A stretch of DNA of 64,000 nt from Calditrichia bacterium (GCA_963796965.1 CAWCNS010000004.1:896001-960000); one strand, 5' to 3'. Positions 42,836 to 53,595 are shown, numbered from the stretch's first letter. Program-made: numbers and translations. The notes: a model not told the origin generated them from the sequence alone.

Positions 42836-45269
42836 ATGCTCTACGCTGATGTGGTTTTCAATCTAAAAATTGAAAAACAATTTACTTACACCATTCCTCT
42901 TGATTTATCATCAAATATATTCGTAGGACAGCGGGTTCTCGCTCCTTTTGGCAGGCGTGAGCTCACAGGTGTCATCGTTGGGTTAACTGATAAAGTCCCT
43001 TCTTATAAGTGCAAAGCGATTATTGATGTTCTAGACGAAAAACCACTTGTAAGCAGCGAAATGTTACAATTAACTAAATGGATGGCGGACTACTATATGA
43101 CCGGTTGGGGGCAGGTGCTGCAATTGGTCTTGCCAAAGGGTATAGAGAAAAAATCGAATATTACAGTGGAACTGTTACCCTCTGAAGTAATCAATGACAT
43201 TGAATTGTCGGAGAACCAGCGACATTTGTATGACAGTATTATTAGGGAACCCGGAAAAACCACTTCATACTATCGTCGGAAAGTTGGCCTAAGGTCCTTT
43301 TCCTATAACCTCCGGAAACTTGAATCAAAACAGCTGGTTATCCTTCGCAAAGAATTATCCGGGGAACGGGTTAGAAAAAAAATCACCAGGTTTATTACCG
43401 TTACTGATCTAAACCCTGATAACTTTTCAGGTTTACCGAACAAAGAGGAACTTTTAGCAAAGCTGGTCCCCTTTTCTGGGAAACCCCTTTCTTTGGATGA
43501 ATTTAAATCGTCTACGGAAATATCCGCGGCTCGTATTAAAACATTGCATTTGCGAAAAATTGTGACTATTTCAGAAAAGCAAGCTTATAAGGACATCTAT
43601 TTCTCATTATCATGAAGAACCTAAAAATATCGTCCTGAATGCAGAACAAGAAATTGCATTAGAATCTGTATGTCAGCAAATCGATAGCCATGCTTTTAAA
43701 GTTTTCCTCCTTCATGGTGTTACAGGTAGCGGGAAAACTCAGGTATATCTTGAAGCAATAGATCATGCTGTGAAAATGAATAAATCTGCAATAGTTTTAG
43801 TACCGGAAATCAGTCTTACACCGCAAACAGTTAGTCGGTTTGAGTCATTTTTCCCAGGGAAGATAAGTGTTTTCCATAGCCGGATGAGTCTGGGAGAGAG
43901 GTATGATACCTGGCAGAAAGTTTTTAGCGAAGACGTGAGTATTGTTGTTGGACCTCGATCGGCTCTTTTCTTACCTGTAAAAGATCTGGGGGTCATCATT
44001 ATTGACGAGGAGCATGATACCTCTTATAAACAGGTCGACCCGGCACCGCGATATCATGCCAGAGATATGGCTGTATATAGGGCACGAATGAATAATGCTG
44101 TGGTTGTTCTTGGGTCCGCTACACCGGCATTAGAATCCTATAGTAATGCACGGTCTGGAAAATACCAACTCCTCGAGTTAAAAAAAAGAATAAATGATCT
44201 TGCTTTACCTGCTATTGAAATTGTCAATATAAATAAAATCGGTTCCGAATCAGCCGGCGCCAAAATATTCTCCCCCCAATTAAAAAATGAAATTCAAGCA
44301 AGTTTGGAAAAAGAGGAACAAATAATCCTACTTCAAAATAGGAGAGGTTTTTCTACCTTCATACAATGCAAAATCTGTGGATTTTCGAACAAATGTCCAA
44401 ATTGTGATATCTATTTAACCTATCATTCCCATACTGACAGTGTGCAATGTCATTATTGTGGGTTCACGCAATCTGCTACTTCAAATTGCCCAAAATGTTT
44501 TGGGGTACAAATTAAACATGGCGGAGCTGGTACCCAACAGATCGAAGAATCACTTCATAAACATTTCCCAAAAATCAAAGTATTGCGGATGGATATCGAT
44601 ACCACCACAGGGAAAGGCGCGCATGAAAAGATTCTTCAACAATTTAAAAGCGGCGGTGCCGATGTATTATTAGGTACGCAAATGATTGCAAAAGGTCTGG
44701 ACTTTGAAAATGTATCATTAGTCGGGGTGATAAATGCCGATATTGGATTAACATTACCTGATTTTAGATCTGCCGAGCGTATTTTTCAATTGTTGACACA
44801 GGTGGCTGGGAGACCGGGACGGAGCAAAAGTCAGGGTCGTGTGGTTATACAAACGGGTATAGAGAATCACTATGCTATTCGGTATGCACGTTCGCATGAT
44901 TACCTTGGTTTCTATTTGCGCGAATCTGAATATCGTGAAGAACAACAGTATCCTCCTGCTACACGCCTTATAAAAATTGGTATAAATTCGGCGCAGAAAC
45001 ATCAAGCCATTCAAAAATCTACTCAAATAATAAATATCCTTAAAAGAAGGAAGAAGAAGTTTTTTAGTATCATTGGGCCTGCTCCATCTCCATTTATCAG
45101 GTTAAATAATAAATATCGCTGGCATATTCTTGTTAAAATAAATCTGAATCAGGACCCCACAGGTAAAAATACCCGAAATGAATTACGTAAAATATTAACC
45201 CCTATAATTTCTAGTTCTAACGAGAAAGAGCAGGTATATATTGATGTCGATCCCGTCGATATGATGTAA
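42836..45269 (+). CDS. priA: Primosomal protein N' (frameshift near 43610)
   Basis: GQRVLAPFGRR N-domain; LLHGVTGSGKTQVY in the bridging frame; LVPEISLTPQ, DEEHD, Zn-finger Cys pairs, GTQMIAKGLDF, QVAGRPGR, IDVDP. Confidence 0.95.
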
Positions 45270-45456
45270 AGAAAGAAATGGATTAAGATTCTGTGTTTTC
45301 ATAAATTTGTATAGCCAAATAAATAAATTATTTTCTATGATCCCTTCCCGGCCTTTCTTAGTAAACTTGTATTTGGATCAGCGCCGGCAGGCGGTTCATT
45401 TTAGGCTTAATTCTTTGAACCAGGTCTCAAAAAATTAAAAAGACATAATCGTTTAG

Positions 45457-46677
45457 ATGAGTAAACAATTCGATTCAAAAAAACAAACTTTGTCCTTTAT
45501 CAATAAGGTTTACGGAGATAAAACAACTAAATCCTCCGTGACCGATAATTTAACTGCATTAAAAGACAAATATGAGACCCTGTCCAAAAGAACCAAAGCA
45601 TTAGAACAGGTATATCAATTCCATAAAGGGATAATTCAGAGTATCTCCAGCGGTTTAATTACCATTGATTTTGATGCCAATATCACCTTTATTAATAATG
45701 CGGCATTAAAACTCTTGGGATTTGCATATAAGGAATTGGTTGGCGGGTCTATAAAGAGGGTGTTTGCGGACGAGAACGAAGCAGATAGTATTCTTAGTGA
45801 GCTTCTAAAAAAGAAAAAGATGTTCGAGAGCCGGGAAACAAATCTTATAAGCAAAAATTTAAAAATTCTACCAATCGGTTTTACGACCACTCTCCTAACA
45901 GCAAGTGACATTTCTCATATCGGTGTAATATTCAGTTTTAGAGATCTCACTAACCTCCATCATTTCCGCATACAAATGGAGCGGATGGATCGCCTGGCAA
46001 CTTTAGGTGAGGTTTCCGCCGGAATTGCCCACGAAATTCGGAATCCTCTGGCTGGAATTAAAACTTCTGCAGAGGTATTGGAGGAAAGTTTTAGTCCAGG
46101 TGATGAGCGTTCACAATTAATACGACGAATTGTAAAAGAGATTGATCGCTCAAATGATTTGCTAAAAAAGTTTTTTAATTTTGCTCAACCAGGAAAACCG
46201 AAACAGGACTACGTCTCCCTTGATGCCCTGGTAGAAGGTGTTTACCTGCTTCTCGCCCCCCGCATGCGTAAAAAGAATATTTCGTTTAATAAAAACTATG
46301 AATCAAATATTCCCGATGTTTATATTGATGAAAATCAAATGGAGCAAATATTAATTAATTTGTTCTTAAACGCGTTAGATGCCATGGATAAGGGGGGATC
46401 AATTACAATTAATCTGAAATTATCAGAATCGGATGGAGGAGATACAGCATCAGGTAATTCTCAAACGGTAACGTTAGAACTTGAAGACACCGGGCGTGGG
46501 ATCGATGAAGGAAATATAGAGAAAATATTCAATCCATTCTTTACTACTAAAAGTGACGGGGTCGGTCTGGGACTTTCTATCTCATCCCGCCTGGTTGAAG
46601 AAAATGGGGGACATCTAACTGTTAGTAGTGAACCTGGTCAAGGCTCAATATTTGCTATCCATTTGCCAACTGGCTAA
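45457..46677 (+). CDS. Cytoplasmic PAS-domain sensor histidine kinase (NtrB/AtoS-like)
   Basis: No TM segment; PAS (ITFINNAA...FSFRDLT); H-box AGIAHEIRNPLAGI; N-box QILINLFLNALDAM; DTGRGI, FNPFFTTK, GVGLGLSI. Confidence 0.92.
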   Translation: MSKQFDSKKQTLSFINKVYGDKTTKSSVTDNLTALKDKYETLSKRTKALEQVYQFHKGIIQSISSGLITIDFDANITFINNAALKLLGFAYKELVGGSIKRVFADENEADSILSELLKKKKMFESRETNLISKNLKILPIGFTTTLLTASDISHIGVIFSFRDLTNLHHFRIQMERMDRLATLGEVSAGIAHEIRNPLAGIKTSAEVLEESFSPGDERSQLIRRIVKEIDRSNDLLKKFFNFAQPGKPKQDYVSLDALVEGVYLLLAPRMRKKNISFNKNYESNIPDVYIDENQMEQILINLFLNALDAMDKGGSITINLKLSESDGGDTASGNSQTVTLELEDTGRGIDEGNIEKIFNPFFTTKSDGVGLGLSISSRLVEENGGHLTVSSEPGQGSIFAIHLPTG

Positions 46678-47054
46678 TTAATAGTACCGGATAGCTATTA
46701 TCTCTTCATAAGTTTTTATTGATTAAGGAGATTAGTTCTCCTTCAACCACTTTTTTAGAAATGATGATTATATCTGCCATCTTAAAGATTCTTCGTACTT
46801 CCATAATATTCAATGTTTCATTCCAAGTATCAATTAAAATTTTATTCATCTAATTTCAACTTGCAATCACTATAATTAAACATCGAAAAATGAACTCTTG
46901 CCGGTCCTGAGATCTCTTACGTATCATATTTACGGAATAGATTTCCCTCAATTATCCAGGGTTAAAAAATTAAAATTGAAATTCAGGTTAATATCAGCGT
47001 AAATCAGTCGATAAATAATAGTAATCAAGTAATTTATTTATAATATTATGGGCT

Positions 47055-47441
47055 ATGGGAAAAGAGTTAATGGAGGCAGAAAAGAGAATTCTAATTGTTG
47101 ATGATGAGGAAACCCTAACATTTAGTCTTTATCAGGCATTTATAAAATGCCCGGACAACATTGAAGTTGTAACAGCAGCGTCAGGTGAAGAAGCTGCGGA
47201 GAAAATCGAGCAAACAAAGTTCGACCTGGTTCTAACTGATATCAGGATGCCGGGCATGGATGGGTTAGAGTTGTTAATGAAGATAAAGGCAGATAATCCG
47301 GAAATCAAAGTGATTGTTATGACCGCCTTCGGCTCTTTAGAGAAAAAAGAGGAGTCAATTCAAAAAGGCGCGGATTATTATATTGAGAAGGGTACGGATC
47401 TCAGGGATATAAGGAAAGCAGTTATGGAGTTTCTGTATTAA
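47055..47441 (+). CDS. Single-domain response regulator (REC)
   Basis: ILIVDDE, DLVLTDIRMPGMDGLEL, VMTAFG, YIEK. Confidence 0.92.
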   Translation: MGKELMEAEKRILIVDDEETLTFSLYQAFIKCPDNIEVVTAASGEEAAEKIEQTKFDLVLTDIRMPGMDGLELLMKIKADNPEIKVIVMTAFGSLEKKEESIQKGADYYIEKGTDLRDIRKAVMEFLY

Positions 47442-47443
47442 TT

Positions 47444-48082
47444 ATGGCTTTAGTCGGAAATCTTCGTGATCTAAAATTGCCAAATCTCATCCAGTTAAAC
47501 TGTATGGAGCGGAATACGGCAAAATTAACTGTAGAGCATGCCGGTAAATTCGGTATTATCTATTTTCAGGATGGACAAATTGCACATGCTGAATATGAAC
47601 CGGATATTGGTGATGCAGCACTCTTTCGTCTAATGGAACTCCATGAGGGGAAGTTTAAAGTCGAAAATGGTGTACGTCCTCCACTAATATCAATTAAGAC
47701 ACACTGGAATAATCTTTTATTAGAAGGATTACATCAGCTCGATACACAGCAAATATCAGATGATGGAAAAACTATTCGGATGCTTAATATGTTGATGAAT
47801 ATTAAAGGTGTGAAAAAAGTGGCATTAATTGATAAGAAAGGAGATGTTTTAAAGGGAGAAACACCTTCACGTAAGGATTCAATTGTTCAGGCCCTTTCAT
47901 ATCTTCAGATTGAAAAAATTAATACACTGTTAAAACAGGATAAACCTCAGTATATAAGTTTTGTATCGAAAACGAACAGAACAATTCTAAAAGGGTACGA
48001 AAAAAATATTGTTTATATTGACATTGAACCAAGAATTCAACTTGAGATGATACTTCCATTTATCGAACAAGTTGTATCATAA
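47444..48082 (+). CDS. DUF4388/PATAN-domain protein with a probable degenerate roadblock C-terminal domain
   Basis: MALVGNLRDLKLPNLIQ, GIIYFQDGQIAHA, EGKF, NLLLEG; C-terminal LMNIKGVKKVALIDKKG. Confidence 0.8.
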   Translation: MALVGNLRDLKLPNLIQLNCMERNTAKLTVEHAGKFGIIYFQDGQIAHAEYEPDIGDAALFRLMELHEGKFKVENGVRPPLISIKTHWNNLLLEGLHQLDTQQISDDGKTIRMLNMLMNIKGVKKVALIDKKGDVLKGETPSRKDSIVQALSYLQIEKINTLLKQDKPQYISFVSKTNRTILKGYEKNIVYIDIEPRIQLEMILPFIEQVVS

Positions 48083-48113
48083 ATTCCTAATAGAAATATG
48101 AGATACTTTATTT

Positions 48114-48551
48114 ATGAGTGAACGCTGGTTAAGAGAGATTACAGACATTAGTGGTGTAGAGGGTGTCTTGCTTGTTTCATCAATCGGGAAATTTATCGAA
48201 AACATCGGCACACCATTTGACCGTGACGTAATAGAAAATATTTCAAGAAATATTTTGCGTATAGTTGCGTCTCATGACCTGGCCGAAAAACAAATTAAAG
48301 AAGTTGAACTAGCCTGGTATAATTACAGAATCCTTGCCATGAGAACCAATGCGTTTGTTATAATTGTTTTTTGTAACTCTACTAAAGTTCTGTCTTTGTT
48401 ACGCATAACAATGAATGTTGTAGCAGCTCATATAATGGAGGACAAGAAAACAATGAAAAAAATTAAAAAATCAGTAGGTGAGGGTACCTCGGTATTGGAT
48501 AAAAATGAACTTGACGAATCAGAAATAAATTTAATTTCTAAATTGCAATAA
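48114..48551 (+). CDS. Roadblock/LC7-domain protein (divergent MglB-like)
   Basis: LREITDISGVEGVLLVSSIG...IIVFC...LSLLRITMN. Confidence 0.7.
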   Translation: MSERWLREITDISGVEGVLLVSSIGKFIENIGTPFDRDVIENISRNILRIVASHDLAEKQIKEVELAWYNYRILAMRTNAFVIIVFCNSTKVLSLLRITMNVVAAHIMEDKKTMKKIKKSVGEGTSVLDKNELDESEINLISKLQ

Positions 48552-48609
48552 AGGGGATAAACATTTATATTTTTAAATCTTTGCCTAAATTTCTAAAAGA
48601 TCTGAGTGC

Positions 48610-49113
48610 ATGACAATCTATGAAAAGGAGAACATTCGGCGGGTGTTTCCTAATAATAAAGTTATTATTAAAATAAACCCCAAGAACCCACCGACTGCAT
48701 CAAAATTATCCTTAACTGAATGGAAAGTTATCATGCAGGTTGATGGTCAGAAAAACCTGCAGGAGATAATTAATGATCTGGCACTTGGAGAAGAGGAAAG
48801 TCTGGCAATATTTCATGAACTCTACCAAAAAAACTTGATCGAAATAGTAGTCGAAGATAATATTCAAAGTAGGATTGCAGGGGAAGATTTTTTCAAAGAT
48901 CTTGAGAATATTTTGGTCCAGATTATAGGACCGGTTTCTATGTACCTGATTGACGATGTCCTATGGGAGTTAAACGAAACCCGGGAAAATTTTATTATAG
49001 AAAAAATTCCTTCACTAGCTGAAGCTATTAGTCGCGAGATTATAGACGATAAAAAACAGGTCCAATTTCAAGAGGAGATACTTGCTCTGATAAAAAGTTA
49101 TGAAATTTATTAG
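48610..49113 (+). CDS. Hypothetical protein: winged-helix-like N-half plus IIGP-type helical domain
   Basis: LSLTEWKVIMQVDGQKNLQEI...IFHELYQKNLIE resembles the wHTH that follows DUF4388 domains; LVQIIGPVSMYLIDD. Confidence 0.6.
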   Translation: MTIYEKENIRRVFPNNKVIIKINPKNPPTASKLSLTEWKVIMQVDGQKNLQEIINDLALGEEESLAIFHELYQKNLIEIVVEDNIQSRIAGEDFFKDLENILVQIIGPVSMYLIDDVLWELNETRENFIIEKIPSLAEAISREIIDDKKQVQFQEEILALIKSYEIY

Positions 49114-49851
49114 CCTTCGCTGGAAAATAAGCGGCATTCTGATTCTAAGTAATTTACTTCTGGGCGCAATTATCGTTTTCATCGTCCATAGATCTGTTAC
49201 TGAATCACTTGAGAATGAGTTTATCGAGCGTGGTAAATCACTTGGCCTTGATCTCTCTCAATATATTGGTGAACTAATATTAGAAGAAGATGTGGTCGGT
49301 TTAACCGGGATTATTACACGCTTACTTTCCTTTGAAACTGCACAATATATCGTAATTCATAACAGTGAGGGTAATATTATTTCGGATACTTTTAATGGAA
49401 ATGTACCTCAGGAATTGAGCACGAGAACGGTGGGTCATAGAAATAAATGAGTATGCACCGGAGTTAATAACCATAGAAGATATGGATGATGCCTTCTATG
49501 ATATTGTCGTACCCGTAGAAGAAGGGAGCCTAGGGTTTATCCGAATCGGGATGAAAAGAAGTTATATCACGGATAAGGTTCAAAAGACAAACAACTATAT
49601 TTTTCTCAGTGTATTGATTGTAACATTTATTGGAATCGTTATTGTATATTTTCTTGCGAATAGAATTATTAATCCGATATTGAATCTTGCCCACAGAGCA
49701 AATGAAATCAGCACCGGAAAGTTAGGTGAGAAAGTTGCCATTGAAACTAATGATGAAATAAATTATATGGCTGAAGCGGTGGAGAGACTTCGAGAGAAGT
49801 TTAAATATTGCTCTGGCGAGATTAAACAAAAATAAAACAATACGAATATAA
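49100..49851 (+). CDS. Membrane sensor TM-periplasmic-TM-HAMP with no cytoplasmic output domain (frameshifts near 49433 and 49797)
   Basis: TM1 ISGILILSNLLLGAIIVFIV; TM2 IFLSVLIVTFIGIVIVYFL; HAMP PILNLAHRANEISTGKL...DEINYMAEAVERLRE; the alternative frame gives SLNIALARLNKNKTIRI-stop. Confidence 0.75.
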
Positions 49852-49872
49852 ATAACATGGGGATGCAGTATT

Positions 49873-50385
49873 ATGGTACAGACTAAAAAACTGAAGGATG
49901 GCAGCCGGCAGATTATTCTAAATGGTAATCAATATGAAGGTATTACAAAGATTCTGGCTGAACTGGCAACCAAAACCAAAGCCTCCGCTATATTATTCGC
50001 TGATATGAGTGGCCAGCTGATCAGCCAGCGAGGCAACACAGAAAATATGAACACGACAGTACTTTCTGCGCTTGCTGCCAGTGATTTTGCCGCCACAGCT
50101 GAAATGGCAAAATTAGTTGGAGAGGAAGCAAAATTTAAACTGCTCTTCCATGAAGGCGAAAAACGGAATGTTTATCTTTCGAATGTGGGAGACTATTTCT
50201 TTCTCGTCGTTGTATTTGATGTGAATGTGACACTGGGTCTCATTCGAATCTATACGAAAAAAGCGATTCAGAGTCTTTCGGATATTTTAGAACAAGAATC
50301 CGATGATGAATTATCACAAAAGGATATGATTGACTCAGATTTTAGCTCACTTTTGGGTGATGCTTTGGATGAATCATTTAAATAA
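49873..50385 (+). CDS. mglB: MglB roadblock-domain GAP for MglA
   Basis: AILFADMSGQLISQRG, LSALAASDFAATAEMAKLVGE, FHEGEKRNVY, TLGLIRIYTKKA, acidic C-terminal helix; directly upstream of mglA. Confidence 0.9.
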   Translation: MVQTKKLKDGSRQIILNGNQYEGITKILAELATKTKASAILFADMSGQLISQRGNTENMNTTVLSALAASDFAATAEMAKLVGEEAKFKLLFHEGEKRNVYLSNVGDYFFLVVVFDVNVTLGLIRIYTKKAIQSLSDILEQESDDELSQKDMIDSDFSSLLGDALDESFK

Positions 50386-50426
50386 TTAAAATTGAAAAAT
50401 CGAAGTGAATTTGTTGAGGGGATCTG

Positions 50427-51011
50427 ATGTTTATTAATTGGGCGCTACAAGAAATTAATTTGAAAATAGTATTTTATGGACCAGGTATGAGCGGTAAGAC
50501 TACCAATCTTGAGTTTATTCACTCTAAACTGGATCCTTCACTAGCAGGTGAATTGGTCTCATTAAAAACAAAAGAAGACCGAACGATCTTTTTTGATTTC
50601 ATGCAGATTGAGGTAGGAAGGATAAAGGGAAAAAAACCTAAGTTTAACCTTTATACTGTTCCTGGCCAGGTATATTACGCCTCAAGTAGAAAAGTTATTT
50701 TAAACGGTGTTGATGGCCTTGTATTCGTTGCTGATTCACAACCACACCGTATGGAAGCCAATATTGAAACGCTTTTGGACCTGGAGAACAACCTGAAACA
50801 AGATGGACACACTCTGGAAGATTTTCCGTGGGTTATCCAATATAATAAGCGTGATCTGCCGGGTGTAGAATCTGTTGAAGCATTGCAGAAAAAACTTAAT
50901 TTTTTCAATGTGCCGTATTTTGAGGCCGTAGCTGTAAAAGGTGATGGTGTGTTTAACACGTTAAAGGCCATAATTAATAATGTGGTCCAGCATGTTCAAA
51001 ATCAATTGTAA
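50427..51011 (+). CDS. mglA: MglA Ras-like small GTPase
   Basis: KIVFYGPGMSGKTTNL, DRTIFFDF (intrinsic Arg finger), YTVPGQVYY, VFVADSQ, QYNKRDLP, GVFNTLK. Confidence 0.96.
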   Translation: MFINWALQEINLKIVFYGPGMSGKTTNLEFIHSKLDPSLAGELVSLKTKEDRTIFFDFMQIEVGRIKGKKPKFNLYTVPGQVYYASSRKVILNGVDGLVFVADSQPHRMEANIETLLDLENNLKQDGHTLEDFPWVIQYNKRDLPGVESVEALQKKLNFFNVPYFEAVAVKGDGVFNTLKAIINNVVQHVQNQL

Positions 51012-51028
51012 GATTATATGAACTTTTG

Positions 51029-51060
51029 AAACCTCCCTGCCCTGGCTTGGAGGTTTTTTT
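51029..51060 (+). terminator. Rho-independent terminator
   Basis: AAACCTCC...GGAGGTTT followed by a T run. Confidence 0.7.
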
Positions 51061-51074
51061 ATGTCCAAAATCTA

Positions 51075-52376
51075 ATGAATAACTTATTTAAATTTACCAA
51101 CAATAAATGGGTCTATAGTTGGGCCCTGTATGATTGGGCTAACTCGGCCTTTGCCACGACAGTGATCGCCGCTGTGTTACCCACTTATTATGGAACAGTT
51201 GCAGCTTCCAATCTTCCACCAAATATTGCTACCAGTTACTGGGGCTATTCGACAACAATCGCCATGCTACTTCTTGTTTTTTTCGCACCTTTTTTGGGTG
51301 CGTTAGCTGATTATAAACGTGCTAAATTAAAGTTTCTGGTCGGATCTGTAGTTGTTGGCGTCAGTTTTACTGCCATGCTCTTCTTCGTAACTGAAGGTAA
51401 CTGGCTGATGGCCTCAGTCTTTTATATTCTGGGAAGAATAGGGTGGTCAGGAGCTAATATATTTTACGACTCACTTCTCCCTCATATCGCTAAAGATCAT
51501 GAGATTAATCAGGTGTCGACCCTGGGCTATGCTGCGGGATATTTAGGAGGTGGAATACTGTTATCCCTTAATTTAATTATGATTTTGTCTCCCCAGACTT
51601 TTGGTATCCCGGATGCTCAATTGGGCACACGTCTTTCTTTTCTAACTGTCGCTTGCTGGTGGGCCATATTTTCAATTCCTTTGCTTAAAAATGTTCCTGA
51701 GCCAATTGTCCAAAATACACCTCGATCAGAGGGTAACAGTTTTCTTATTGCCGCCAGGCGTTTAGTCAAAACTTTTCGAGAAATTCGAAAATTCCGGCAA
51801 GCTTTCCTTTTTCTCATAGCATTCTGGTTCTATAATGATGGGATTGGGACAATCATTGTGATGGCTGTTATGTTTGGTACAGAGATTGGAATTGGACAAG
51901 AACATCTCATTGGGGCTATTCTGGCTGTGCAATTAATCGGAGTTCCTTTTACCATTTTGTTTGGGAAACTTGCAGTAAAAATGACGGTTAAACGGGCGAT
52001 ATATTTAGGATTGATTGTATATACTTTTATATCGATTGGTGGTTATTTTATGCAATCTGCTCTTCATTTCTGGATTTTAGCTATTGCAGTCGGTATGGTC
52101 CAGGGCGGAACACAGGCCCTAAGCCGTTCTCTTTTTGGACTTATGACTCCAAAAAAGAAATCAGCTGAGTTTTTTGGTTTTTTTGATGTCTCTCAAAAGT
52201 TTTCAGGGATTCTAGGTCCCGCATTATTTGCGATTATAGCCCAGTTATCAGGGTCTAGCCGTTTAAGTATTATCACATTGATTATATTTTTTATTGGTGG
52301 GATGTACATGCTGGAGAAAATAAGATTAGAGGAGGGGATCCAGGTAGCCAGGTCTGCTGATTTGAGCGATAGTTAA
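51075..52376 (+). CDS. MFS transporter, UMF1/ATG22-like family
   Basis: SWALYDWANSAF, FYDSLLP, GYLGG, QGGTQALSRS, EFFGF; about 12 TM segments. Confidence 0.88.
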   Translation: MNNLFKFTNNKWVYSWALYDWANSAFATTVIAAVLPTYYGTVAASNLPPNIATSYWGYSTTIAMLLLVFFAPFLGALADYKRAKLKFLVGSVVVGVSFTAMLFFVTEGNWLMASVFYILGRIGWSGANIFYDSLLPHIAKDHEINQVSTLGYAAGYLGGGILLSLNLIMILSPQTFGIPDAQLGTRLSFLTVACWWAIFSIPLLKNVPEPIVQNTPRSEGNSFLIAARRLVKTFREIRKFRQAFLFLIAFWFYNDGIGTIIVMAVMFGTEIGIGQEHLIGAILAVQLIGVPFTILFGKLAVKMTVKRAIYLGLIVYTFISIGGYFMQSALHFWILAIAVGMVQGGTQALSRSLFGLMTPKKKSAEFFGFFDVSQKFSGILGPALFAIIAQLSGSSRLSIITLIIFFIGGMYMLEKIRLEEGIQVARSADLSDS

Positions 52377-52390
52377 GAATTAAATCCTTC

Positions 52391-53383
52391 GTGAATATAA
52401 TTCCGTCCAAATTATTTTCTCTTTTTGCACATTCTTCCAAACAATATAATTCTTCTAATAATCTGCGAGATTTTAATTTGTTAGCCTTTATTAAAACCGG
52501 TAAATTGATTGCTATAGTTTTTTTTATATCGGGATTTATGCTTGTTCATGGCTCCTATAAACAAAAAGTGGGCGATGTAGTTATCATTGCCCCGTTAAAA
52601 GACAGTCTTATAGTTCGAGAGTTAGCTGGCTTTGCTAAAGAGGCGCAAAATATTAATGAACGCTTTTTCTCCCATCGATTGAATAAAATAATTCATGTTT
52701 ATCTGACAGAATCTGAATCAGAATATCACAAGTTTAGTAGTAATCAAATTCCTGAGTGGAGTAGTGGGGTAGCCTTTATTAGCCAGCATATCATTGTTTT
52801 AAAACCGGGGAACTATTACAGTCCGCACCAATATCGACAGACAATGATTCATGAAATATCTCATATTTATATGGGGGAGTTAATAAATACAGATGTGCTC
52901 CCGGTCTGGCTCAATGAGGGTACTGTTATGTACCTGAGTGGAAAGTCCCTTACCTGGGAGGAAAATATTGTTATAGGTAATGCCATGGTAGCAAATAAAA
53001 TGGTAGACCTTGTTGCCATAGACAGTCTGCTTACATTCGTGTCCGCCAAGGCAAATTTAGCGTATCTTGAATCCTTTCTGGCAGTTCAGTTTATAGTGGA
53101 AAAGCATGGTGAAAACAAACTTGCTGCTATTATTTCAAGTTTGTCTGATCATAATTCTTTGGATCAGGCATTTATTGAAAATATCGGATATGACTTTTTT
53201 GATTTTGAAATCTTGTGGTTTGAAAATTTAAAAAACCAATTTCGATGGATTGCTTTTCTGCAATTCGAAAATCTATTCTTTTTTGTATTAGTGATTATTA
53301 TTTTATTTGCATGGATCGCAAGACGATATCGAAACAAAAAAATATATCAACGCTGGGAAGAAGAAGATCTGGAATTATTTTGA
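52391..53383 (+). CDS. Peptidase MA-family zinc metallohydrolase, C-terminal membrane anchor (start uncertain)
   Basis: HEISH plus PVWLNEG, LAYLES; C-terminal TM followed by RRYRNKK. Confidence 0.8.
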   Translation: MNIIPSKLFSLFAHSSKQYNSSNNLRDFNLLAFIKTGKLIAIVFFISGFMLVHGSYKQKVGDVVIIAPLKDSLIVRELAGFAKEAQNINERFFSHRLNKIIHVYLTESESEYHKFSSNQIPEWSSGVAFISQHIIVLKPGNYYSPHQYRQTMIHEISHIYMGELINTDVLPVWLNEGTVMYLSGKSLTWEENIVIGNAMVANKMVDLVAIDSLLTFVSAKANLAYLESFLAVQFIVEKHGENKLAAIISSLSDHNSLDQAFIENIGYDFFDFEILWFENLKNQFRWIAFLQFENLFFFVLVIIILFAWIARRYRNKKIYQRWEEEDLELF

Positions 53384-53595
53384 ATCTCAAACTTTGTTTT
53401 TTCAATGTTTTTATTAACTGAGAATATTTATATCTCGCGGAGCCGTAAAGCCCTGCCCCGACATAGGTGGGCGGCGCAGAGAATTTTTTTCTAATTCGTG
53501 ATAATTGGTAGATATGTTTTTTTGATTGCAGCATCACTGTTGTATGAATAAATACAGATAACTCATGATTTGAAAGGGGAGAATTCATTTTCCTT

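Noticed and set aside
36923..45269. ispE, rplY, hppA and priA as pseudogenes or programmed frameshifts
   Set aside because: Single-base breaks with fully conserved motifs, scattered through the window and without a common slippery motif; sequencing error is more parsimonious
47055..48082. REC and DUF4388 genes as one frameshifted fusion
   Set aside because: The REC ends at a natural domain boundary and the next ORF begins with a typical MALxGxL DUF4388 N-terminus; a fusion cannot be fully excluded given the indel rate
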